From the NCBI GenBank assembly GCA_964456475.1, contig CAYVZI010000004.1, positions 7,604 through 71,603 on the forward strand: a stretch of 64,000 nucleotides of DNA. Direction: 5' to 3'. Under the pieces are notes generated by a model. The model was not told the origin of the DNA and searched no databases. It saw nothing but the letters and a program-made list of their open reading frames with translations. Position numbers and translations under genes: made by a program. Numbering within the stretch: position 1 is the stretch's first letter; the number at the start of each line of letters is the position of its first letter. Below are positions 31,252 to 40,358 of the stretch, piece by piece. This stretch comes from an uncultured Candidatus Saccharibacteria bacterium. Lineage in GTDB: Bacteria > Patescibacteriota > Minisyncoccia > Phycocordibacterales > UBA9973.

Positions 31252-31384
31252 AAACAGCTAGTTTAGCTCGACCCTTCTTACGGCGAGTAGCCAAGACTTT
31301 GCGTCCTGATGTTGTTTTTGATCGAACGAGGAAACCGTGAGTGGTTGCTCGCTTTCGCTTTTTTGGTTTATAGGTGAAAGACAT
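31250..31384 (-). CDS. rpmH: 50S ribosomal protein L34
   Basis: [44 protein letters not shown]. Confidence 0.96.
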   Translation of the reverse strand: MSFTYKPKKRKRATTHGFLVRSKTTSGRKVLATRRKKGRAKLAV

Positions 31385-31521
31385 GGAGCCAATATAGCAT
31401 AAAATCACCAGAACACAAGGAGGGTAGGGGCAAGGCGCCAAAAGGTGATTCTAGTGTTTTTTTGCTTTTATGTTCTCTTGTTAATTTGCTTTAGCGTTCT
31501 TTTGTTCTCGTGGTATATTAT

Positions 31522-31541
31522 TTATCCCCATGTTATACACA
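31522..31541. promoter_or_regulatory. DnaA boxes upstream of dnaA
   Basis: TTATCCCCA (31522) and TTATACACA (31533). Confidence 0.7.
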
Positions 31542-31596
31542 GACTTACGCAGTTTTTCACATTAGTAATAATAATCACGACCTATATAATCGGCTT

Positions 31597-32958
31597 ATGG
31601 ATACAAAAGAGCTCTGGGATCACTGTTTAGTTGAAATTGAGAGTGAGGTTTCTAAGGCAAATTTCAGTACCTGGTTCAAACAAACATCTCTTGTAAAAGA
31701 AGATGCGGGGACTGTCTATGTAGGTGTCCCAAATGAATTCGTCAAAGACTGGCTCTCAAACAAATTTCACAAGCTCATCATGCGCGTACTCCGAAACGCA
31801 TGGGAACATACACGAAATGTGGAATATATGGTGGTGAAAGGTGACCCAAAGACTCATCGTATAGAAACATCCACTCAACTAAAACCCGATTTTGCAGTAA
31901 ACACAGAACTTCCTCTCAAAGACCTCTACGTAAACAAAGATGACAACCTCAACCCTAGATATACGTTTGATACGTTTATTGTAGGCTCTTTCAATGAGCT
32001 TGCGTATGCAGCTACTCAAGCTGCTGTTGCTCGACCAGGCAAGCAATACAACCCTCTTTTTATTTATGGATCTTCTGGTCTAGGAAAAACCCACCTTATT
32101 CAAGCAGTGGGTAATGCAATCAAAGAAAAATATCCTGAAAAGAAAGTATATTACATAACTCAAGAAAAATTTGCGGTTGATTATATCAATTCAGTTCAAT
32201 CAAACCGTGGAGCAGGAAATACTTTTAAAGAAAAATATCGTAAATACGACGCTATTATCATTGACGACGTGCAATTGGTAGGGAAGACAGAAAAAACACA
32301 GGAGGAACTCTTTCACCTATTTAATAGTTACCACGAAGCGGGTAAGCAGATTGTATTTTCTTCTGATAAACACCCTAACTTTATTCCAGGACTCGAAGAT
32401 CGTATGCGCACTCGATTTGCTCAAGGTATGATTGTAGATATTACCGAGCCTGAATATGAGTCTCGTATCGCAATCCTTAAAGCAAAAACCCAAGAGCTTG
32501 GTATTAGTCTCCCAGACGAAATATTGGAATACATTGCTAGTGTTATAGCTGGTAATGTTCGCGAGCTCGAGGGGAGTTTAAATGCTATTGTCTTGCAATC
32601 CCAACTAAAAGGACGTTTTCCAACACTCTTAGAAACAAAGAATCTCCTTAAAAATAGCGTAAAACAAAAAAAGACTGCTTCCGTAAAAGAAGTGGTCAAG
32701 ACGATTGCTGATTTTTATAGTGTAGAAGAGGCTTCTATTTATGAAAAGACTCGTCGTAAAGAAATTGTAAAAGTCCGTCAGATAGTAATGTTTATCCTCC
32801 GAGAAGATTTTAATGTATCCTATCCTTTAATTGGTCAAAAACTTGGAGGAAAAGACCATACGACTGTGATTCACTCATGTTTGAAAATCAAGAATGATAT
32901 TAAGAATGATATGTTGATTGCCCAAGAAGTTGATCAAATACGTGCTTTGTTTAAATAA
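31597..32958 (+). CDS. dnaA: Chromosomal replication initiator DnaA
   Basis: YNPLFIYGSSGLGKTHL, IIDDVQ, TQEELFHLFN, NVRELEG, KDHTTVIH. Confidence 0.98.
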   Translation: MDTKELWDHCLVEIESEVSKANFSTWFKQTSLVKEDAGTVYVGVPNEFVKDWLSNKFHKLIMRVLRNAWEHTRNVEYMVVKGDPKTHRIETSTQLKPDFAVNTELPLKDLYVNKDDNLNPRYTFDTFIVGSFNELAYAATQAAVARPGKQYNPLFIYGSSGLGKTHLIQAVGNAIKEKYPEKKVYYITQEKFAVDYINSVQSNRGAGNTFKEKYRKYDAIIIDDVQLVGKTEKTQEELFHLFNSYHEAGKQIVFSSDKHPNFIPGLEDRMRTRFAQGMIVDITEPEYESRIAILKAKTQELGISLPDEILEYIASVIAGNVRELEGSLNAIVLQSQLKGRFPTLLETKNLLKNSVKQKKTASVKEVVKTIADFYSVEEASIYEKTRRKEIVKVRQIVMFILREDFNVSYPLIGQKLGGKDHTTVIHSCLKIKNDIKNDMLIAQEVDQIRALFK

Positions 32959-32959
32959 A

Positions 32960-33768
32960 TGTAAGTTAAACAGGTTTCAGTGTAAAAAAACAAAGAACTG
33001 GGTAAAAGTATGTGGAAAGGTGGTGTGAATAATTGTGTTTAGTGTGAATAAAGGAATCTATAATTTAGTAAAAAATAAAATGGTGTGTATAAACTACGAG
33101 TTTCAAAATGGTTACTAACAGTAAAATGTTATAAAGGTTATACACATGTATAAGTTTTGTGGATAAGTTACAATATATAATATGATTGATTTCAACCAGC
33201 TATACAAATGGGTAAAAATTGAAACTGGTATTGATAGACAAGAGATTGTATCAAAAACCAGAAAACAGAAGGTTGTTACTGCTCGAGCGTTGTTTATTAC
33301 AATGGCTTCAAAAACTGGGTTCTCGTATAGTTCTATAGCAAAAGAATTAAAAAGAGATCATACTTCTATTTTACACCTTATAAATACACGCTCTGAATCA
33401 GAATTTATAAATAGAGTAGTAGGGAAATATGATTTAGAAATAAAAAAAAATTATTCCAATAATGAAGAAAAAATTAAACAACAATTACGATTTAGAGGAT
33501 TAACAAATGGTAAAAATTCTTATAAGTCGGTTTATGAGAAATATAATGGTAAATGTATGGTTTGTAGTTTTGATGAAGTTGTAGAAATTCATCATATAAT
33601 TCCAAGATATTTAGGTGGTAGTGATGAATTAGAAAATCTTGCATTGCTTTGTCCCAACCATCACGCATTAGCTGACAGGGGAGCAATTCAAATTAAAGGA
33701 AAATTGGAACTTATCCACCAAGAAATTGGTAATCCACAGGGTTAATAGTAATAGTAATTTATATATAT
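32960..33768. promoter_or_regulatory. Probable oriC between dnaA and dnaN, interrupted by an ORF
   Basis: DnaA boxes at 33024, 33043, 33084, 33138 and 33158 (TGTGGATAA); near-matches at 33711 and 33730 followed by GGG and trio-like TTAATAGTAATAGTAAT. Confidence 0.8.
33182..33745 (+). CDS. DnaA domain IV-like HTH fused to an HNH endonuclease
   Basis: N-term SKTRKQKVVTARALF..FSYSSIAKELKRDHTSILH; C-term CMVC..EIHHIIP..GGSDELENLALLCPNHH. Confidence 0.85.
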   Translation: MIDFNQLYKWVKIETGIDRQEIVSKTRKQKVVTARALFITMASKTGFSYSSIAKELKRDHTSILHLINTRSESEFINRVVGKYDLEIKKNYSNNEEKIKQQLRFRGLTNGKNSYKSVYEKYNGKCMVCSFDEVVEIHHIIPRYLGGSDELENLALLCPNHHALADRGAIQIKGKLELIHQEIGNPQG

Positions 33769-34866
33769 ATGATATTCGAAACTACTGTTGAAAAGCTGAT
33801 TGGAGTAATAGAGAATGCAGATCGGGTAACAGCTCGAAACGCATCTCTTCCAGCACTTGGTACAATCCTACTTGTTGTTTCTGGAACAACCTTAAAAATA
33901 CGTGCGACCAACTTAAGCTTGGGTGTCGAGTTTGAACTTCAAATTAAAAAAGAAAAAGATGGAGTCACTGCAATTGATGGAAAAACACTTTACACATTTC
34001 TTAATACACTCCCAAAAAACGAAAAGATTAAAATAGCACAAGAGGATTCTATTCTTACACTCACTACGGCTCACAATAAAACCACAATCAAAACCCACCC
34101 ATACGAAGATTTTCCAACCCTCCCTTCAGTTTCGGGTACCACAATCCAAATTCCCCAGAAAGAATTTATTCGTGGAATAAAGAATACTTATTTTTCAGCA
34201 GCAGTTTCAGACATAAAACCCGAGATTGCGAGTGTGTATATGGCCTCAAATGAAAATGTTCTTTATTTTGTTGCTACAGACTCATTTCGACTTGCAGAGA
34301 AGAAAGAAAATTTAAAGAGAGCTGTAGAGTTTTCCCCAATTCTCATACCATACAAAAATTGTATTGAAATTGTGCGTATTCTTGAAAATACAACCGAAGA
34401 AATAACTCTTTCTATATCTGAAAACCAAATAGCAATTATGGTTTCTGGTGTATATATTACTTCAAGACTTACTTCAGGGAGTTTTCCGGATTACAAACAA
34501 ATTATCCCCAAAGAGTTTCAAACCGAAATTATTGTATTAAAACAAGATCTTCTTAATACTTTAAAAGCAGCAAATATTTTTTCCGACAAGTTTAATCAAG
34601 TAACTTTTTCTATCACCCCTTCAAAGAAAAAGTTTGAATGTATATCAAAAAACAGCGATGTAGGCGAATATTCCGGTGTTATAGACGCTACACTTACCGG
34701 AGATGACGTCTCAATCTCTCTCAATCAACGCTATTTGATTGAATGTCTCTCATTCATCCCTCAAGACAGTATTGCAATTGGATTGAATGGCGGGGCAAAA
34801 GCGGTCGTTATACGCGGTGTGGGAGATAACTCGTTTACATACCTTCTTATGCCGATGAATCGTTAG
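33769..34866 (+). CDS. dnaN: DNA polymerase III beta clamp
   Basis: IRATNL, FVATDSFRLAE, GSFPDYKQIIP, YLLMPM. Confidence 0.96.
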   Translation: MIFETTVEKLIGVIENADRVTARNASLPALGTILLVVSGTTLKIRATNLSLGVEFELQIKKEKDGVTAIDGKTLYTFLNTLPKNEKIKIAQEDSILTLTTAHNKTTIKTHPYEDFPTLPSVSGTTIQIPQKEFIRGIKNTYFSAAVSDIKPEIASVYMASNENVLYFVATDSFRLAEKKENLKRAVEFSPILIPYKNCIEIVRILENTTEEITLSISENQIAIMVSGVYITSRLTSGSFPDYKQIIPKEFQTEIIVLKQDLLNTLKAANIFSDKFNQVTFSITPSKKKFECISKNSDVGEYSGVIDATLTGDDVSISLNQRYLIECLSFIPQDSIAIGLNGGAKAVVIRGVGDNSFTYLLMPMNR

Positions 34867-34888
34867 AAAATAAAAAATTAAAAGAAAA

Positions 34889-35149
34889 ATGAAAAGATTA
34901 GGGGATTTTTTAGAACGATTTATTAAACTTGCTCAATCGAGTGATGATGCAAAACAAGCAGTTGTTGATTCTTTGGTAAAAAACGGGATTCGATACAGTG
35001 GGGGAATCGATACAATTACAGTTCGAGGAACTGTTGCTACACTGAAATTAAGTCCCATTCAAAAAAGTGAAATCGCAATGAAACAAAAAAAGATACTTGC
35101 GACACTAGCCGAAAATCCTATAACAAAACACATCACTATAGTGAGATAA
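34889..35149 (+). CDS. Small protein, possibly DciA/DUF721-like
   Basis: Follows dnaN; ATLKLSPIQKSEIAMKQKKILATL resembles the DciA helix. Confidence 0.4.
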   Translation: MKRLGDFLERFIKLAQSSDDAKQAVVDSLVKNGIRYSGGIDTITVRGTVATLKLSPIQKSEIAMKQKKILATLAENPITKHITIVR

Positions 35150-35178
35150 AAAAACCAGCGCCTTAGGCGCTGGTTTTT
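35150..35178. terminator. Bidirectional terminator
   Basis: aaaaaccagcgcc-tta-ggcgctggttttt; followed by (CTTTATAAA)x3. Confidence 0.8.
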
Positions 35179-35209
35179 AACTTTATAAACTTTATAAACT
35201 TTATAACCT

Positions 35210-37729
35210 TCAACTTATAATAATGTTCACATTCGCCGTTCCTGTGGATTCTACAGTATCAGTTCCAATAATCATCAATGAGTTTATACCCACCTGGATA
35301 TTTGGAATTTGATTTGGGGTGAAGGTAAAAGTAGGGGACGTACCATTTGCTGTTCCTACATACACATTACTCAAAAAGACATCTATTTTTTTGAGTGGAA
35401 ACTTTCCATTTGATGTTACTGAAACAGTTACAAGACTGTTTTCTGAAACAATACTCCCTTCTATCGGGCTCACTATTGAAATGTGAGGCATGTTTTCTTG
35501 GGTATGTATATCATCAAATGATGTTGGTTTTTGAGCCTCTGTTATGATTGTGTATGCTGAACTGTTTACTCTCCACCAATCTTGTACAGCTGTTTCCCAG
35601 TTGTGGTACAACCCCTCATCACGGGAATTTCCAAGACTGCGAGGGTTTGATCTATTTACCCAATGGAGAATGTCGTGTACATCAGTTATTACGTATTCTT
35701 TTCTTGTTGTCTTAGGTGTAAAAGCAGTAGCGAGTTTGCCAGATATCGTATCAATAACATAACTTGTTCCACCCTGCCAGTATCCACGAAGTACTGGAGG
35801 TAGGGTTTCGTATTCTGGATCAATTTCTGGTTTTTCAAATGTTTCCAAAGGGTATGACTTTAATGCCTCAGCCATAAATTGGTGCCAAATTGGCGATCCT
35901 GTAATTCCTTTGTATAGCGGAGTATTGTCGTTTAATCCAGCCCACACACCAGCAACAAGTGACGGTGTATACCCAATTGTCCAAAGGTCTTTAAAATCGT
36001 TTGTAGTACCTGTTTTTGCCGCTACTTGCCGATCAGAGAAATAGAGAGGGGATGTTGGTCCGAATGTTAGTCGACGAGCATTGTTGTCTGAGAGAACATC
36101 ACTTATTTGCAAAGTCACATTTTTTGGAAGAACTTGAGTGGAGCTGTCTTTGTATGATTCAAGAATAGTTCCACTATTGTTTGTTACAGAAAGAATTCCA
36201 GTACTTTGACGCGCTGTTCCACCATTTGCAAAAACACTATACGCAGAAATTTGATCGACAAGTTTTACTTCTCCTCCTCCAAGAACAAGAGAAAGGCCGT
36301 ATCGACTTGCATCATTGAGAGAGGTGATACCCAGATCCTTTGCTGTTTTTATGGTATTTGGAATTCCAACCATATAAAGCATTTTCACCGCAGGAACGTT
36401 GATGGAGCTTCCGAGTGCTGTACGGATATCCATTGGGCCAGAGTACCTCTCATAATCAACTGGCATGTAACAAGCGCTCTGAGGAGCACCATTTAGGGGT
36501 CGGCTGTATGGGTCGCATCGTGTGCTAAATTCCGTAGGAACATCAAACAAGACAGTATCTGGAGTGTACCCTTGTTTGAAGGCTGTAGCATACATATATG
36601 GCTTAAATGAAGAGCCTGGTTGGCGAAGAGCTGTTGCAACATTGAAATTACCGTCGATTTCTTTGTCGAAGTAATCTCGCGATCCGACCATGACGAGAAT
36701 CTGCCCAGTTTTTGGGTCTGCCGCGACAAGTGCTGCATTGAGTTTTGCAACCGCTTGTTTGCGGGCTCCTATCGTGTAATCTGCAACAGCCTTTTCTGCA
36801 ATCTGTTGCAGATTGTAATCAAGAGTCGTAATCACTTTTAAACCTCCAGATTCAACCATATCTACACCGTATTTTTGTTCAAGATATCCCTTGATAAAAA
36901 AAACAAAATGAGGAGCTTTGATACCGTTTGATTTTTGGGGATTCCAGACCACTTGTTCTGCTTTGGCTTCTGTAAACTGTGCTTCGGTAATAAATCCAAG
37001 CTCGTATTCACGTGACAGAACCAAGTTTTTACGTTTTTCTAACTCGTCTTTGTGCGATCCGTATGGAGAGTAACGAGTCGGTGCATTTGGGATCGAAGCA
37101 AGATATGCTGACTCTGCAATCGTTAGGTCTGCTGGGTTTTTACCAAAAAATGCTTGAGATGCCTCTTGAATTCCAAAAATATTTCCACCATACGGAATTT
37201 GATTGAGATAAATTGCTAAAATATCTTCCTTTCCATATTCTCTCTCAAGTTTAAGAGCAAGAATTATTTCCTTGAGTTTTCGAATAATAGTTTTTTCGCT
37301 CGTGAGCAAAGTCTGCTTGATTACTTGCTGGGTGATAGTGGATCCTCCTTGTCCGATAACACCAGGAATAATGCGAAGGTTTACAAGAACAGCACGAAGA
37401 AATGATTTTGGACGGAAGCCTCGATGGTTGTAGAACTCTGAATCTTCAATAGCAACTGTCGCGTTTTTGATATGTACCCCCATCTCTGCGTTTGTGATAG
37501 AAGTACGTCTTGCATCAGAACCCAGGTCGTACAACACAATCTCTCCCGTGCGGTCATAAATTTTGGTGGAATTTACCTGTTTTCGCGTTTCGAAGGAAGT
37601 GAAGTCAGGGAGACGGATAAAGCTAATCCAAATGATTGCTATACCAAAAATAAAGGCTCCAACACCAAGCGTGGTAAAGAAAACATTACGAATATGATGT
37701 TTTGAAATTTTTTGTAAGTGCTGTTTCAT
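35210..37729 (-). CDS. Class A penicillin-binding protein (PBP1A family)
   Basis: AIEDSEFYNH, GGSTITQQ, RKLKE, RQPGSSFKP, SINVP, KTGTT; start at MKQHLQ. Confidence 0.93.
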   Translation of the reverse strand: MKQHLQKISKHHIRNVFFTTLGVGAFIFGIAIIWISFIRLPDFTSFETRKQVNSTKIYDRTGEIVLYDLGSDARRTSITNAEMGVHIKNATVAIEDSEFYNHRGFRPKSFLRAVLVNLRIIPGVIGQGGSTITQQVIKQTLLTSEKTIIRKLKEIILALKLEREYGKEDILAIYLNQIPYGGNIFGIQEASQAFFGKNPADLTIAESAYLASIPNAPTRYSPYGSHKDELEKRKNLVLSREYELGFITEAQFTEAKAEQVVWNPQKSNGIKAPHFVFFIKGYLEQKYGVDMVESGGLKVITTLDYNLQQIAEKAVADYTIGARKQAVAKLNAALVAADPKTGQILVMVGSRDYFDKEIDGNFNVATALRQPGSSFKPYMYATAFKQGYTPDTVLFDVPTEFSTRCDPYSRPLNGAPQSACYMPVDYERYSGPMDIRTALGSSINVPAVKMLYMVGIPNTIKTAKDLGITSLNDASRYGLSLVLGGGEVKLVDQISAYSVFANGGTARQSTGILSVTNNSGTILESYKDSSTQVLPKNVTLQISDVLSDNNARRLTFGPTSPLYFSDRQVAAKTGTTNDFKDLWTIGYTPSLVAGVWAGLNDNTPLYKGITGSPIWHQFMAEALKSYPLETFEKPEIDPEYETLPPVLRGYWQGGTSYVIDTISGKLATAFTPKTTRKEYVITDVHDILHWVNRSNPRSLGNSRDEGLYHNWETAVQDWWRVNSSAYTIITEAQKPTSFDDIHTQENMPHISIVSPIEGSIVSENSLVTVSVTSNGKFPLKKIDVFLSNVYVGTANGTSPTFTFTPNQIPNIQVGINSLMIIGTDTVESTGTANVNIIIS

Positions 37730-37787
37730 ATACTCATAATAGCATGTTCGAAAGGACAAAAAAGACCTTTTGTGGTAAAGTGTTTTT

Positions 37788-39155
37788 ATGAAATCGATAG
37801 ATATTGAAGAGTTGTTTTCTCGCGGAGTTGCGAGCTTTATTGATCCCGACAATTCATTCCGAAAGAAAATTGAAGCCAAAATTGCCGGCACATACAACAA
37901 GGACATCATCATTAAGCTTGGTATGGATCCAACTCGTCCAGATATTCACCTCGGTCACGCAGTGATTCTGCGCAAACTTCGCCAATTTCAAGATGTGGGC
38001 TGTAAAGTTGTTTTTCTGATTGGTGACTATACAACAATGATTGGAGACCCTACAGGCAAAAACAAGACTCGACCAGAATTGAGTCAGCAAGAAATCGAGA
38101 GAAATATGAAGACATATCTTGAGCAAGCAGGGAAGATTCTATCCCTTGATGCGAAGGTTTTTTCTTGGATACGAAATTCTGATTGGTTTCTGAATGTGAC
38201 CGATATTATTCCCGGAGACCCCAATACTTCTATTCGTGTTGGTTCTGGACTTGGTTTTGTCAAAGCCGGCTCGTTTCTTGGTAAGGCAAAAATCTTTGAT
38301 GATTCACGAATGCAAGCTACTCATTTGAAAAAAGACAAAACCCTAACGGTTAGTTTTACAAATGTATTGTCTACTCTTCGTCATATTACTCACGCAAGAC
38401 TCATCGAGCGTGATATGTTTCAAGAAAGACTTTCAAACGGGGGAGAGTTGTACATGCACGAAATGCTCTACCCTGTGTTGCAAGGTATCGATTCATTCGC
38501 GCTTGCGAATATCTACGGCTCGTGCGACTTAGAAATTGGGGGAACCGATCAAACCTTCAACATGCTTATGGGTCGTGATGTAATGCGCATGAATAAGCAA
38601 GACGAACAGGGGGTTATGTCCCTCGATATCCTCGAAGGACTTGATGGAAATGAGAAGATGAGTAAGTCATTAGACAATTATGTGGGAATTACTGACGCGC
38701 CGAACGACATGTATGGTAAAATACTTTCAATTCCAGATACTCTTATTCCAAGATATTTTGCACTCGCAACCTACACACCCCTTTCTGAAGTCGAGGAGAT
38801 AGAAAAATCTCTCGCTTCAAAAAATCCACGTGACGCAAAAATGCGACTCGCTCGAGAAATCGTCGCAATATATCATGGAGAAGGAGCTTCTCAGTCTGCT
38901 GAGACTCACTTTGTTGAAACATTTTCAGAAAAAAAGATTCCCGAAAACGTTCCGGAAATAGAAGGTGATTTTACAACGATTATCGATGCTATGATGCAGG
39001 CGGAATGTGCAGATTCAAAATCTGAAGCACGACGACTGGTGGAGGCTGGTGCGGTGACACATCTTGAAAGCGATGTGAAAATAACCGACCCAAACCAAAA
39101 ACCCGAAAAAGGAACATATCGAGTAGGGAAGTTGCGGTTCTTTAGGATTCGATAA
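37788..39155 (+). CDS. tyrS: Tyrosine-tRNA ligase
   Basis: DPTRPDIHLGH, IGDPTGK, YPVLQGIDS, GGTDQTFN, KMSKS; C-terminal S4-like domain. Confidence 0.96.
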   Translation: MKSIDIEELFSRGVASFIDPDNSFRKKIEAKIAGTYNKDIIIKLGMDPTRPDIHLGHAVILRKLRQFQDVGCKVVFLIGDYTTMIGDPTGKNKTRPELSQQEIERNMKTYLEQAGKILSLDAKVFSWIRNSDWFLNVTDIIPGDPNTSIRVGSGLGFVKAGSFLGKAKIFDDSRMQATHLKKDKTLTVSFTNVLSTLRHITHARLIERDMFQERLSNGGELYMHEMLYPVLQGIDSFALANIYGSCDLEIGGTDQTFNMLMGRDVMRMNKQDEQGVMSLDILEGLDGNEKMSKSLDNYVGITDAPNDMYGKILSIPDTLIPRYFALATYTPLSEVEEIEKSLASKNPRDAKMRLAREIVAIYHGEGASQSAETHFVETFSEKKIPENVPEIEGDFTTIIDAMMQAECADSKSEARRLVEAGAVTHLESDVKITDPNQKPEKGTYRVGKLRFFRIR

Positions 39156-39190
39156 ATAAAAAGCCTCGCTTTAAGCGAGGCTTTTTATTT
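39154..39190. terminator. Bidirectional terminator
   Basis: aaataaaaagcctcgctt-t-aagcgaggctttttattt. Confidence 0.8.
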
Positions 39191-39378
39191 TAGAGATCTG
39201 CAGTTGGCAAGTCACTCTCGTCATCATCTTCGTCATCAGCGAGAAGGTCGTCGTCTGCGACTCCGAGATCGTCTGCAAGGAACTCATCATCGATGTCAGT
39301 ATCGTCATCACTGAGAGCGCTACCTGTAAATTCTGGATCTTCGTCAGAAGGGCGAATGTTGTCTTCTTCAAATTGCAT
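39190..39378 (-). CDS. Very acidic 62-aa protein
   Basis: 28 of 62 residues are D/E; ends at the terminator. Confidence 0.6.
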   Translation of the reverse strand: MQFEEDNIRPSDEDPEFTGSALSDDDTDIDDEFLADDLGVADDDLLADDEDDDESDLPTADL

Positions 39379-39470
39379 ACTATTTTTATAAGTTACTTAT
39401 AATATCCTCCATTTGTAACAGATAGTGATTTTCTCCGCAAGACATTTTTTTAACGAAAGTGTGGATAACA

Positions 39471-39947
39471 TCACCCCTTCTTTACGTATGCGAATGCAGT
39501 GAGTGCTACAGCTATTGCATCGACTTCGTCATCGATCATTTTTCGAGTGGGGAGCTTGATTAGTCGAGGCACCATATCCATAATTGCTCTCTTGTCGCTC
39601 TTGCCATATCCAGTCACTGCAACTTTGATTTCAAGTGGAGTGTATTCGTGTATCGAGAGTTTTGCACGTGCTCCTTCATAGAGAATCACTCCTCGAGCTT
39701 CGGCTACCACCATCGCCGTTTTTGTATTGGTTTCAAAAAAAAGTTTTTCAATTGCCATGCCATCAGGCTTGTATTCGGAGATAATTTTTGCGATTTCTTC
39801 TCCTACTAAAACGAGGCGGTCGGTATGTGAAAGCTTGGAAGATGTCTTGAAGCACTCAGAAAAAAGGAATGTTTCCTTCCCGGCGATTCGTTCTATCACT
39901 GCGATTCCAACACGTTCTATACCAGGATCTATTCCGAGGATAATCAT
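39471..39947 (-). CDS. ruvC: Holliday junction resolvase
   Basis: ILGIDPG, AIEKLFF, EARGV, EYTPLEIK..VTGYG, DDEVDAIA. Confidence 0.96.
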   Translation of the reverse strand: MIILGIDPGIERVGIAVIERIAGKETFLFSECFKTSSKLSHTDRLVLVGEEIAKIISEYKPDGMAIEKLFFETNTKTAMVVAEARGVILYEGARAKLSIHEYTPLEIKVAVTGYGKSDKRAIMDMVPRLIKLPTRKMIDDEVDAIAVALTAFAYVKKG

Positions 39948-39964
39948 AGTTCAATTTCTAATAT

Positions 39965-40345
39965 CTAATTTCTAATGTCTAAGGAATTCAATTTTGACTT
40001 GCGAGCAACGGAAACAAAAATCTTTCTGAGTTCCTCTGCCTCGTTGAATAAGTTTAATAATTCGTCTTGATTTTCTTCTATCTCGATAAGAAGCTTTAAC
40101 CAGTATTCGGTTTCTTGTGCTTCTTTCTTGCAAATTCCTATCTTGTGTTCAAAATCTTTTCTTGATTCGGCACCGTCTGCCTCGTGGTAATTAGCTCCAA
40201 TACTCGTTCCGGAACGAATACATTGAAGTATACAATTTTGGTTTATAGTCGTTCTCTTTATTCTTTTAAAACACGAAAGAAGATTTTTGCTAAACGAAAA
40301 AGTTCGTTCTTTCAAATCATATTTTTTTGGATTTTCATTAGACAT
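39965..40345 (-). CDS. Four-helix-bundle protein (23S rRNA IVP / Avd-like family)
   Basis: YDLKERTFSFS, RSGTSIGANYHEA, ICKKEAQETEYW; start and stop codons lie within the flanking TTAGA(C/A)A arrays. Confidence 0.9.
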   Translation of the reverse strand: MSNENPKKYDLKERTFSFSKNLLSCFKRIKRTTINQNCILQCIRSGTSIGANYHEADGAESRKDFEHKIGICKKEAQETEYWLKLLIEIEENQDELLNLFNEAEELRKIFVSVARKSKLNSLDIRN

Positions 40346-40358
40346 TAGAAATTAGAAC

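Noticed and set aside
37730-37912. N-terminal extension of PBP1A overlapping tyrS (and similar extensions of dnaA, rpmH, polA and ORF 1443)
   Set aside because: Longest-ORF artefacts; downstream ATGs fit homology or the -10/ATG pattern better.
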